Shown one piece after another: positions 1 through 7,460 of a stretch of 15,700 nt of DNA (positions are counted from its first letter, which is position 1; every line of letters starts with the position of its first letter). The position numbers were made by a program, and so were the translations under genes. Source of the stretch: a virus; the IMG/VR virus record IMGVR_UViG_3300017923_000002, positions 1 through 15,700 of that record; one strand, written 5' to 3'. The notes under the pieces were generated by a model. That model was given only the letters and a program-made list of their open reading frames with translations. It searched no databases and had not been told where the DNA came from.

Positions 1-123
1 ATAGAGGATTCACTTGCAGCACAAAGGTTGATCAGGAAATTGGAAAATCTTCCCGAACATCGGAGAAGGAAATTGATCGGAGAGCTTGAAACAGGGGAAC
101 TTGCCATGCCTGAAAACAGGGAC
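1..123. repeat. Terminal direct repeat, copy 1 (identical to 15578-15700)
   Basis: Base-by-base identity read directly. The repeat runs to the window edge, so its true extent cannot be determined. Confidence 0.97.
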
Positions 124-306
124 GAAAGACTTATCACGCCGAAAGAGTTCGCGGAAAAATGTCGCGTATCTGATCAAACCGTCCGCCGATGGTGGAAGGA
201 TGGAAAGATCCGGGGCCGTCGGGTGGGGCCGCGAAAGATCTTTCTGTATGAAAGCGACATCGAAAAGATGTGGGAACCAGGACCAGGGGAAGAAAGGGGG
301 GAATGA
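1..306 (+). CDS. MerR/excisionase-type HTH DNA-binding protein, with its 5' end cut by linearisation. The true start is probably ATG 15566 (about 105 aa). The in-window alternative is TTG 28.
   Basis: ITPKEFAEKCRVSDQTVRRWWKDGKIRGRRVG...IFLYESDIEKM is a typical excisionase/AlpA-like winged HTH. The frame is open from position 1 and continuous with 15566-15577 (atg ggt aaa cgc). AGAGGG lies 6 nt upstream of that ATG. Confidence 0.7.
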   Translation: MEDSLAAQRLIRKLENLPEHRRRKLIGELETGELAMPENRDERLITPKEFAEKCRVSDQTVRRWWKDGKIRGRRVGPRKIFLYESDIEKMWEPGPGEERGE

Positions 307-656
307 TGGGCGACTTCAAAAAAACAAAGCATAAAAAAAGATCTGGAAGATGTTTTGAGCTTGCCTTTTCGTATCTATTAGGGAACGAAGACAAAATTCT
401 TGTTCATGGATCTGTTCAACACATATCTGGAAATCAAATGGCACATGCTTGGATAGAAAACCATGAAGGTGATGTTTATGATCTTGTTAAAAACGAAATA
501 TATAATGGTGATGAGTATTACAGAAAGTTTAACGCACGAAAAATGTTTTCCTACACGGTAAAAGATGCAGCAAATAAATTTACAGAACATAATCACAGTG
601 GACCTTGGGAGCAATCAGTAAGGGAGATTGATCAAGTTATATGCGCGGGAAAATGA
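303..656 (+). CDS. Small papain-fold (transglutaminase-like) cysteine peptidase candidate, AT-rich cargo gene
   Basis: GRCFELAF (Cys), MAHAWIE (His) and VYDLV (Asp) occur in transglutaminase-core order and spacing. The start ATG overlaps the upstream stop (ATGA), and a G-rich RBS precedes it. The region is visibly more AT-rich than its flanks. Confidence 0.45.
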   Translation: MMGDFKKTKHKKRSGRCFELAFSYLLGNEDKILVHGSVQHISGNQMAHAWIENHEGDVYDLVKNEIYNGDEYYRKFNARKMFSYTVKDAANKFTEHNHSGPWEQSVREIDQVICAGK

Positions 657-698
657 TCCGCGCTGTCCTGGAGCGACAAACACAAGGAGGGAACCATC

Positions 699-914
699 AT
701 GGAACTGGTAGGGCATCTTTTCGAGGACGGGCAACACAGCTTCAAACTTATGCCGGTAATTCCAGGGAACAGAAATCCGAACAATCCGCTTTTTGACGGG
801 CCTATGGGTGAAATCAGGGACTACTTACAGCAAAAATACGGGAAGCGGGGATACAAGATCACGTCCACGCGGGACGCTGATCATGGTGGTTTTGAAGTTT
901 ACGCCAACACATAG
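699..914 (+). CDS. Hypothetical protein (71 aa)
   Basis: AAGGAGG (684-690) lies 8 nt upstream of the ATG. The ORF is followed directly by an intrinsic terminator. Confidence 0.6.
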   Translation: MELVGHLFEDGQHSFKLMPVIPGNRNPNNPLFDGPMGEIRDYLQQKYGKRGYKITSTRDADHGGFEVYANT

Positions 915-943
915 GGCCGGGCCTTCGGGCCTGGCCTTTTCTT
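915..943 (+). terminator. Rho-independent terminator
   Basis: 9-bp GC stem GGCCGGGCC/GGCCTGGCC (one G-U pair) with a TTCG tetraloop, then TTTTCTT. Starts 1 nt after the stop at 912-914. Confidence 0.8.
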
Positions 944-955
944 CAGGGGGCCGGG

Positions 956-1561
956 ATGGACAAATTCCAAGACATTGAAAAAGCCAAGATCAAAATCATG
1001 GGGAAAAACGGACAGGGAGTTTATGTTGGGAATAACCTTTTCTTGACCGCCGCGCATTGCATCAATTTTAAGACTTCCGGTTCTATGGTTCTTGGGGATC
1101 ACTTCATTGAAGACATTGAGATCCAGGGGCAAAGGTTCCGCGTTGCGCCTTGGGCGATTGAACCAATAAGCGATATTGCCGTTCTTGGACCTTTGGATGA
1201 TCAGGTTTTCCCGGACGACGCAGATCGTCTTGAAGACTTTTGCGAAGATTTGAATCCGGCTTTGATCAACACGGTAGAACCGGAGCTTTTCCAGGAATTC
1301 GAGATCCACGTTTTCAGCCATGAAGGGGGCCAAGTACCAGGGAAGGGGGAAGTTTGCAGTCCTGGTTCAAAGTCCCTGTTCATCGAAACAAAGGATGAAA
1401 TTAAGGGCGGAACGTCGGGCGGACCCATAGTTGACGAGTCCGGGGGATTGGTGGGGATCGTTTCGAACTTTTCCGGGAATGACAATACGGGAGTTCATCC
1501 AAGACCGCATTTGACTTTACCGCTTTGGGTTCTCCGTAAATTAGAAGGGGCCGCTTTATGA
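956..1561 (+). CDS. Trypsin/chymotrypsin-fold (S1-like) serine protease, cytoplasmic, protease domain only
   Basis: Catalytic triad motifs in canonical order: LTAAHC (His), SDIAVL (Asp), GGTSGGPIV (Ser). No signal peptide is apparent. The stop overlaps the parA-like start (ATGA). Confidence 0.8.
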   Translation: MDKFQDIEKAKIKIMGKNGQGVYVGNNLFLTAAHCINFKTSGSMVLGDHFIEDIEIQGQRFRVAPWAIEPISDIAVLGPLDDQVFPDDADRLEDFCEDLNPALINTVEPELFQEFEIHVFSHEGGQVPGKGEVCSPGSKSLFIETKDEIKGGTSGGPIVDESGGLVGIVSNFSGNDNTGVHPRPHLTLPLWVLRKLEGAAL

Positions 1562-2178
1562 TTATCGCCGTATGTTCTGAAAAAGGCGGCACAGGAAAAA
1601 CAACACTGGCCGTCAATCTGGCCGTCCATTTGGCTGATCAGGGCTTTACTTTGATTGACGCTGACCGCCAAGAGTCCGCGTACCTATGGGCCAAGATCCG
1701 CGCCGACGCCGGGATCAAGCCAGAGATACAAACCAAAAGGATACACAAGGCAACGCTGCACAAAGAGTTGACCGGGAACGCGGTAATTGATTGCGGTGGT
1801 AGAGATTCCGAAGTCCTACGCTCCGCGCTCCTGGCCGCTGACCTTGTGTTGGTTCCAAGCCGACCGTCGCAATTTGATCTTTGGTCACTTGAAAGCATGA
1901 ACGATTTAATCGCCGACGCCGGGGGATTTAACCAAGAATTGAAAGGGATCGTCGTTTGGAACCAGGCCGCCACTAATCCAGGAGTTCACGACGATCAAAC
2001 CGCCGCCAAGCTTGTCCGGGATCTGGAGAGCCTTGACCTGGCCGGGACGGTTCTTCGTTCGCGGGTTGCCTATGCAAGATCCGCATCTGAGGGCCAAAGC
2101 GTTGAAGAGTTCGAGCCACGGGGAAAGGCCGCCGGGGAGATATCAAGCTTATTCCGGGAGATTATGAAATGGGTTTGA
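1558..2178 (+). CDS. parA: ParA/ParF-type (type Ib) partition ATPase
   Basis: Deviant Walker A at the N-terminus (CSEKGGTGKTT), LIDADRQ, and Walker B-like VIDCGG. The 206-aa size is typical of ParF-class proteins. Confidence 0.85.
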   Translation: MIIAVCSEKGGTGKTTLAVNLAVHLADQGFTLIDADRQESAYLWAKIRADAGIKPEIQTKRIHKATLHKELTGNAVIDCGGRDSEVLRSALLAADLVLVPSRPSQFDLWSLESMNDLIADAGGFNQELKGIVVWNQAATNPGVHDDQTAAKLVRDLESLDLAGTVLRSRVAYARSASEGQSVEEFEPRGKAAGEISSLFREIMKWV

Positions 2179-2456
2179 AGAGGAAACCAAAGGATGAACA
2201 AGAGTTTATCGAGCAGGGGACGAACCAGGACCAGGACCAAGAGCAAGATATACATCTTTGGCCTGAGCCTTGGGACGAGTATCGGGCCGGGCCGAAGAGC
2301 TTCAATATCCGACTGGAAGCCGAAGACTACGCAATGCTTCGATGGTATTTCGAGGAGCACTCCAAGGCCAAGAGCCTACAAAAATTGATCAAGGGCATAA
2401 TAAGAAAGGAACTAACTGATAAGATTGACGATTTGAAGAAAAATGGGGAAATTTAA
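2169..2456 (+). CDS. Ribbon-helix-helix ParG-like centromere-binding/partner protein
   Basis: Overlaps the parA-like gene by 10 nt. Has a basic then Q/D/E-rich flexible N-tail followed by a KSFNIRLEAEDYAMLRWY beta-strand/helix pattern typical of RHH (CopG/ParG) proteins. Confidence 0.6.
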   Translation: MGLKRKPKDEQEFIEQGTNQDQDQEQDIHLWPEPWDEYRAGPKSFNIRLEAEDYAMLRWYFEEHSKAKSLQKLIKGIIRKELTDKIDDLKKNGEI

Positions 2457-2476
2457 AAATTCATCTTATGTATCCC

Positions 2477-2505
2477 TTGACTTGTACAGTTTAGTGTAAT
2501 AATAT
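2477..2505 (+). promoter_or_regulatory. Sigma70-type promoter
   Basis: TTGACT (2477-2482), exactly 17 bp spacer, TAATAT (2500-2505). GGAGG lies downstream at 2521-2525. Confidence 0.7.
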
Positions 2506-2533
2506 TTTAGTCAACACAACGGAGGTGCTGACT

Positions 2534-3253
2534 ATGGCTGAAGGTGGTTACACTGCAAAGGATTTAAGCGGGTTCACCACGGGCAGTAAGTATCGCAGGG
2601 TTTTGAATCAAATCGAGCAAGGCCAAATTTCACCGGACATCGAGGACGCCGGAGGTAGGGGAACCTTACGCCGATTCAGCTTCGACCAAGCGATACGATG
2701 CGCGTTCTTGAATTACTTTTATGAAAACTTTATCCATGACTCTAAAAAAAGTTACGAGATCATGGACGCCGTTTACTACATGCTGCCGACAATGATCAAC
2801 AATCACAAAAACGAAACGAAAGGCTTCCCGCGCTATTGGTTGCTGGCGATAAACAAAGAAGATCTGTTTACCGGCTGTTCTTTTGATCTGGACGGATTCG
2901 AGCCGGGAGAAGATGAACGGGATGGTTTGACCCGAATAGAAATAGCAAGGAATATTTTTAATCCAGACATTTCAACGACTATCTGGTTCAAAAAGAATGA
3001 CCATTTCTTACCGTCAAACGTGCTTCCAGGTTCAGGCTCCGTGCCAAGCGGTTTCCCTGTCCCAAAAAAACCAAAGATCGAAAGACCACGGGGGGCCTTG
3101 CCAGGGATGCACGGGTTTTGCTTTTTTGACCTTCAGTTCCTTTATGATAAATTTTGCTATCAACTGAATGTTAATTATAATAAGCAAAACCTGTTATTTG
3201 CTGATATAAAAGACGCGGACCCTGTTAACTTCTTTATGAAACTTGAAAACTAG
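2534..3253 (+). CDS. Hypothetical protein with a MerR-like N-terminal HTH; candidate regulator
   Basis: YTAKDLSGFTTGSKYRRVLNQIEQGQISPD...GGRGTLRRFSFDQAIRCAF resembles a MerR-type HTH plus wing. GGAGG lies 8 nt upstream of ATG 2534 (GTG 2525 is the alternative start). The 3' third is AT-rich. Confidence 0.55.
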   Translation: MAEGGYTAKDLSGFTTGSKYRRVLNQIEQGQISPDIEDAGGRGTLRRFSFDQAIRCAFLNYFYENFIHDSKKSYEIMDAVYYMLPTMINNHKNETKGFPRYWLLAINKEDLFTGCSFDLDGFEPGEDERDGLTRIEIARNIFNPDISTTIWFKKNDHFLPSNVLPGSGSVPSGFPVPKKPKIERPRGALPGMHGFCFFDLQFLYDKFCYQLNVNYNKQNLLFADIKDADPVNFFMKLEN

Positions 3254-3268
3254 ATTGGAAGTGAAGCT

Positions 3269-3502
3269 ATGATGAAGGACGACCGCTGCGAGAATTGCAA
3301 GTTCTGGAAGAGGGAAGAGGTTAAAAGTCCAGATGATGAAGTCATTGCCGGGAACGATGGATATTGCCGAGTCAATCCGCCGGTGATCCTTGGCGAACAT
3401 GATCATGGGTTTTTCCCTAAAACCTGGTGTGATTGGTGGTGTGGTTGTCATAAGAGGACGGGGGCGAGTAAACCAGTGGATGATTTAACCAGGAAGGGGT
3501 GA
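3269..3502 (+). CDS. Small Cys-rich (CxxC...C...CxxxCxC) putative zinc-binding phage protein
   Basis: CENCKFW...GYCRVNPP...WCDWWCGC pattern. I recall similar small Cys-rich proteins being frequent in phage early regions, though I cannot verify this here. Confidence 0.5.
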   Translation: MMKDDRCENCKFWKREEVKSPDDEVIAGNDGYCRVNPPVILGEHDHGFFPKTWCDWWCGCHKRTGASKPVDDLTRKG

Positions 3503-3505
3503 AGC

Positions 3506-3814
3506 ATGATAGGAGAAAAAATTTATTCTTGCCGGGTAAGATTGCAATCAGGCCAAGAGGAAAACCTGTTTGTCCATGCCGAAACAGAAGAAGAGGCCAA
3601 GTTCGCCTTGACTTCTGATCCCAACATTGAAGTCCTTAATGTCTTGCCTTTTTTGGGGTTCGATAAAGTTATGGGCCGGGGTACTTCGTCGCCGCGTCTC
3701 TTGATCAACGCCGCTGGATTCAAGCGTTGGGCTGAAAGCTCCGTTGGTGGTTACAAGGGGCTGGACGTCGCCGACAAGGTGAAGGAACTGATTGATTCCA
3801 GGGTGGTTGGATAA
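3506..3814 (+). CDS. Hypothetical protein (102 aa)
   Basis: AGGAAGGGG RBS upstream of the ATG. Co-oriented and tightly spaced with the upstream gene. Confidence 0.5.
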   Translation: MIGEKIYSCRVRLQSGQEENLFVHAETEEEAKFALTSDPNIEVLNVLPFLGFDKVMGRGTSSPRLLINAAGFKRWAESSVGGYKGLDVADKVKELIDSRVVG

Positions 3815-3820
3815 AAGAAA

Positions 3821-3848
3821 GCCCTGAACCGAAAGCCGGGATCAGGGC
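3821..3848 (+). terminator. Hairpin after the operon end; weak terminator candidate
   Basis: GCCCTGA (3821-3827) / TCAGGGC (3842-3848) 7-bp stem with a 14-nt loop. No T-tract follows. Confidence 0.3.
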
Positions 3849-3862
3849 GGGGAACAGGACAT

Positions 3863-3941
3863 CATATTCCTGACTTGGTGGTACTTGTCAGAATATGGCT
3901 TTCCTTCCCCTTTTGTCAATTCCCCTGGTTCCGGCATAACT
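3863..3941 (+). promoter_or_regulatory. Imperfect inverted repeat (operator candidate) plus a putative promoter for the primase gene
   Basis: CATATTCCTGAC (3863-3874) and GTCAGAATATG (3887-3897) pair with a 1-nt bulge. TTGTCA (3913-3918), 17 bp spacer, ATAACT (3936-3941). Confidence 0.35.
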
Positions 3942-3965
3942 TAAAAGATATGCTGGAGATCCGCC

Positions 3966-6491
3966 TTGTCTGAATCCGCAATCGACAAATTCCGATCTGA
4001 ACTTGAATCGTTCGGTATATACCCGACCGAGATCATACCCGATGGACAACTTCACAGGTGCTCCGCGCGCGACGGTGATCCGCAAGATGAGGCCGGATGG
4101 TATGTTCTCCATAATGACGGGAAACTTTACGCCGGGGCTTTTGGATCTTGGCGGTCAGATGTTTGGGAAACGTGGTGTTCTAAGCAAAAGCACCTATCCA
4201 ATACCGAGAAGCGCAATCGGAAAAAGTTTATCGCGCAAGCCAAGGCCAGGTTTCAAGAGGCCAAAGCGGAACGCCGCGCGCAAGCGGTGGAGAAAGCGAA
4301 GGGTATCCTTTCCAAAGCGCAAGCCGCCGAAAATCATCCTTACCTTGCCAATAAGCAGATCAAGTCTTTTGGTTTGAAGATATCCAAGCGGGGCGATCTT
4401 CTGATCCCGGTTCATGATCTTCAGGGCCGCTTGTTTGGTTTGCAGACGATAAATTCCGAAGGCGACAAGAAGTTCATTACAGGTTCCGATATCTCCGGGC
4501 ATTTCTGCAAGATCCCAGGGGATGAACAGCTTATCATCTGCGAAGGATACGCGACCGGGGCCAGTATTCACGAGGCGACCGGGGGGACGGTGTTTTGTGC
4601 TTTCAATGCCAACAATTTGAAGCCGGTTGCCGCTGCGATCCGTAAAGCATACCCAAACGAAAAAATCATAATCGCCGCCGACAATGACCAGTTCACAGGG
4701 GCGGACCCGCTGCATGGTGCGCCGGAGAACCCAGGGAAAACCAAAGGGGAAGAGGCCGCGCGCTGGAATGTTTGCTTCTTGACCTGGCCGGAGTTTGAAG
4801 AATCAGACCTGGCCGACAAGCCAACAGATTTCAATGACCTGCATGTTCGCTATGGTTTGGAAGCCGTCGCCGCTGCGATCCGGGCCGCCGTACATATCAA
4901 GGCCGCGATCGAGCTTGAAGACGGGAAGATGATTGAAGAGGCAAACAAGGTTGAAAAGATCCTTGGCCTCAAGAATGTTGACATCTTTTGCCGCGGGCAA
5001 ACCATCGTCCGACCTATCTTGACGGAAACCGGAACCTTTTCGGAGATCAAGCAAAAAAAGAAGACGCCGAAGATCCATGAAGTGACCCAAAGTTATTTCA
5101 GGGGGCTTTGTGGCAAACATTGCCGATTCCTGAAGCGGAATAAAGACGGGGATCACTACGAGCAGAATCCGCCGCGATATATCGCCGAAGAATATCTTTC
5201 CCGCGTTGGTGAATGGAACCTTCGGACCCTGGCCGCGATCATTGAGGCACCAACAATGAGGCCGGACGGTTCAATCTTAGATAAGCCAGGATATGACCCG
5301 GATACCTTTCTTCTCTACTGGCCGAACGAAAAATTCTTTCCCATTAAAGACAAGCCGACCAAAGACGACGCACGGGCCGCGCTGGACGTTCTCCTGGATC
5401 TGATATCCAGTTTCCCGTTCGTAGATGATGCTGATCGTTCCGTCGCTCTGGCCGCTATTCTTACGCCGCTTGTCCGTCGTGCAATGCCTATTGTTCCAAT
5501 GTTTGGTTTTACCGCGCCGACGCCGCGAACAGGCAAAAGCCTTTTGGTGGATATCGCTTCCATGATCTGCACAGGGAAGAGGATTCCAACAATGGCGCAA
5601 GGATCAACAGATGAAGAGCTTGAAAAAAGAATTGATTCGTCAATCATCCGCGGGGATAACCTGATCAATATTGATAACGTCGAACGCCGAATAAAATCTG
5701 AACGCCTCTGCCAGTTTGTGACACAAGAATCGTCCGTTACCAGAATTTTGGGGGAATCAAGAAACGAAACCTTGCCTTTGATTCTTACGATTTTCAGCAC
5801 GGGAAACAATCTTGCTTTTGCCGGGGACATAAAAGAAAGGGTTCTGTATTGCCGTTTGGATGCAAGATGTGAACGACCGCAGGAAAGGCATTTTGACCGG
5901 GATCTTTTCGAGTACATACCGGACAACAGGCCGAAGATAGTCCACGCCGCCTTGACCTTGCTTCGAGCTTGGGTTTGCTCAGGTGAGAATCCAAACATAA
6001 GCCGTTCAGACTTCACGAAATGGGATGCACTTATCCGAGGTGCGCTCTTGTGGCTGGACCAGGCGGACCCTTGGGATACGTCCGAAGTGGTGCGGGAAAC
6101 AGATGTTTACGCGCAGAATATGCGATCCTTCTTTTCTATCTGGCATGAAACCTTTGGTGAAAGAAGCGTGAATGTTCAGGAGATAACCAGGGCCGCAGAT
6201 AATGACAATGAGCTTCAAGACGTGCTTTACGCGATAGCCGGGAGACATGGGAAGTATGATCAGAAAGCCTTGGGCTATGTTCTGCGAAGCAATAAACACA
6301 AGATTTTCGACGGACTTCAGCTTGTCCATGATGGGACCAAAGGCCGGAACAAGATCGTTCACTGGAAAATGGTTGATATGCACGGGCCGCAGCAAAAATC
6401 TGAAAAGGTGGTTCAGTTGCCGACCAGGGCAAACCAAGCACAAAAACCAACACAAGGGCCAGGCGGGAAGAATGATATCGAAACCATATAA
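3966..6491 (+). CDS. Replicative primase-helicase: TOPRIM (DnaG/P4-alpha-like) primase fused to a C-terminal P-loop NTPase
   Basis: TOPRIM motifs LIICEGYATGASIHEATG and IIIAADNDQ. N-terminal GWYVLHNDGK..GAFGSWRSD resembles P4-alpha/plasmid primases. Walker A-like APTPRTGKSLL followed by NLINIDNVE. TTG start with GGAGA 7 nt upstream. Confidence 0.85.
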   Translation: MSESAIDKFRSELESFGIYPTEIIPDGQLHRCSARDGDPQDEAGWYVLHNDGKLYAGAFGSWRSDVWETWCSKQKHLSNTEKRNRKKFIAQAKARFQEAKAERRAQAVEKAKGILSKAQAAENHPYLANKQIKSFGLKISKRGDLLIPVHDLQGRLFGLQTINSEGDKKFITGSDISGHFCKIPGDEQLIICEGYATGASIHEATGGTVFCAFNANNLKPVAAAIRKAYPNEKIIIAADNDQFTGADPLHGAPENPGKTKGEEAARWNVCFLTWPEFEESDLADKPTDFNDLHVRYGLEAVAAAIRAAVHIKAAIELEDGKMIEEANKVEKILGLKNVDIFCRGQTIVRPILTETGTFSEIKQKKKTPKIHEVTQSYFRGLCGKHCRFLKRNKDGDHYEQNPPRYIAEEYLSRVGEWNLRTLAAIIEAPTMRPDGSILDKPGYDPDTFLLYWPNEKFFPIKDKPTKDDARAALDVLLDLISSFPFVDDADRSVALAAILTPLVRRAMPIVPMFGFTAPTPRTGKSLLVDIASMICTGKRIPTMAQGSTDEELEKRIDSSIIRGDNLINIDNVERRIKSERLCQFVTQESSVTRILGESRNETLPLILTIFSTGNNLAFAGDIKERVLYCRLDARCERPQERHFDRDLFEYIPDNRPKIVHAALTLLRAWVCSGENPNISRSDFTKWDALIRGALLWLDQADPWDTSEVVRETDVYAQNMRSFFSIWHETFGERSVNVQEITRAADNDNELQDVLYAIAGRHGKYDQKALGYVLRSNKHKIFDGLQLVHDGTKGRNKIVHWKMVDMHGPQQKSEKVVQLPTRANQAQKPTQGPGGKNDIETI

Positions 6492-6492
6492 T

Positions 6493-6782
6493 ATGCGGGT
6501 GATACGCGGGTGATGCGGGTGATGAAATTTTCGCATGACCCGCGTGCTATCTTCAGTGAATACAGTTGTTTATAGAAATTGCGGGTGATGACGGGTGATC
6601 AATGAACTCTTAAGGACTTTTTGAAATGGTTTTTTATATTCAACAGGGAAAAAACATATATATAAATATAAGGGGAGTGTTCTGATACCCCGCAATGACC
6701 CGCATAACAATACAAGTATCTGAAATGTATATCAATACGCCGCGGGTGATGGTTTTTCGTATGACCCGCACATGACCCGCAC
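6493..6782. other. Origin of replication: iterons flanking an AT-rich unwinding element
   Basis: GCGGGTGAT at 6495, 6506, 6515, 6581 and 6742 (degenerate ACGGGTGAT at 6591). The related motif in opposite orientation, ATGACCCGC, at 6535, 6695, 6761 and 6772 (degenerate ATACCCCGC at 6685). AT-rich core about 6601-6670. Immediately downstream of the primase-helicase gene. Confidence 0.75.
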
Positions 6783-6794
6783 ATGAGGAATTTT

Positions 6795-7136
6795 ATGTCT
6801 GGTTTGATCTCCTACCTTGAACGCCATTGCCTGATCGTTTGGTTTGCTCCGAATGAGGGCATCAAGGTTGCCGGGTTATCGCAGCTGGAACCAGGCACAC
6901 GGGATAGGCTCCGGGGAATGATGAAGACGCGCAGGGCTGAACTTTTGGATACCGCGCCGGTGTTGGTGAGCCACGACGAAGAGGCCGGGGAATATGTCCT
7001 GGAATATGCAGATGGTTCAATCCGGTTCGCTTATGCTCCTTTGTTGGATGGACCGGGGGTTGATCCTGAGCGGTGGAAACGGGTTTTTGGGGAAACTGTA
7101 AAGCAGGGGGAAGAGGTTTATGAATACGAAGTATAA
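6795..7136 (+). CDS. Hypothetical protein; the N-terminus resembles a TubC_N-like docking motif
   Basis: GAGGA lies 5 nt upstream of ATG 6795 (ATG 6783 is the alternative). LISYLERHCLIVWFAPNEGIKVAG...RDRLRGMMKTRRAELLD resembles that helical docking pattern. Confidence 0.5.
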   Translation: MSGLISYLERHCLIVWFAPNEGIKVAGLSQLEPGTRDRLRGMMKTRRAELLDTAPVLVSHDEEAGEYVLEYADGSIRFAYAPLLDGPGVDPERWKRVFGETVKQGEEVYEYEV

Positions 7137-7350
7137 GATCTTGCAGATCGTCGCGCCTACTGTCCCAATGGTTGCCGTTCATAAGGATGAAGACGTGGAA
7201 TTCCCGATTCCTGTTTCAATTTGGGCATTGATTGAAGAGGAAGATGGATATCAAAGGATCATTGGCTTTAGTGCTGGCGAATTTATGGATTCATGCGAAG
7301 ATGCAGGGAACTTCGTTCGATATGAAGAGGCGGAAAAATGGGAGAGTTAG
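7120..7350 (+). CDS. Small strongly acidic hypothetical protein (76 aa)
   Basis: G-rich RBS upstream. 16 D/E versus 6 K/R counted by eye. Overlaps the upstream gene by 17 nt. Confidence 0.5.
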   Translation: MNTKYKILQIVAPTVPMVAVHKDEDVEFPIPVSIWALIEEEDGYQRIIGFSAGEFMDSCEDAGNFVRYEEAEKWES

Positions 7351-7370
7351 GCCGTCCTAACTTTGTTTTT
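7346..7370 (+). terminator. Short intrinsic terminator candidate
   Basis: GTTAGG/CCTAAC 6-bp stem with a CCGT loop, followed by TTTGTTTTT. Includes the stop codon. Confidence 0.45.
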
Positions 7371-7460
7371 GGTTAACGGATTCAGGGCCAGGTTGACAAG
7401 GCGGGGGTGAAAGGCTTCCCACGAAGGGTTTCAACTTGCAAGCCGGGGGTTTCGCCTTCT

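Noticed and set aside
1-123. Terminal repeat as a genuine T7-like direct terminal repeat
   Set aside because: The repeat sits inside an ORF that is restored by circular joining, and it is truncated only by the window edge. Wrap-around of a circular sequence is the simpler explanation, although a real DTR cannot be excluded without reads.
86-394. Alternative-frame ORFs 86-334 (+) and 134-394 (-)
   Set aside because: They overlap the HTH gene, whose winged-HTH motif identifies the correct frame.
642-662. GCGCGG...CCGCGC hairpin spanning the stop of the Cys-peptidase gene
   Set aside because: No T-tract follows it, and the next gene starts 37 nt later with a strong RBS. It is probably not a terminator.
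5315-6016. 233-aa minus-strand ORF, together with 4194-4715 (-), 6006-6536 (-) and 4803-5156 (-), all inside the primase-helicase gene
   Set aside because: These are antisense shadow ORFs within a motif-supported 841-aa gene. They have no start context and an Arg/Ser-rich composition.
6493-6782. Short repeats that might suggest a CRISPR array
   Set aside because: The repeats are only 9 bp, occur in both orientations with irregular spacing around an AT-rich core, and no cas genes are present. This is iteron architecture, not CRISPR.
6599-6784. 61-aa minus-strand ORF in the origin region
   Set aside because: It spans the iterons and the AT-rich core, so a noncoding origin architecture explains the sequence better.
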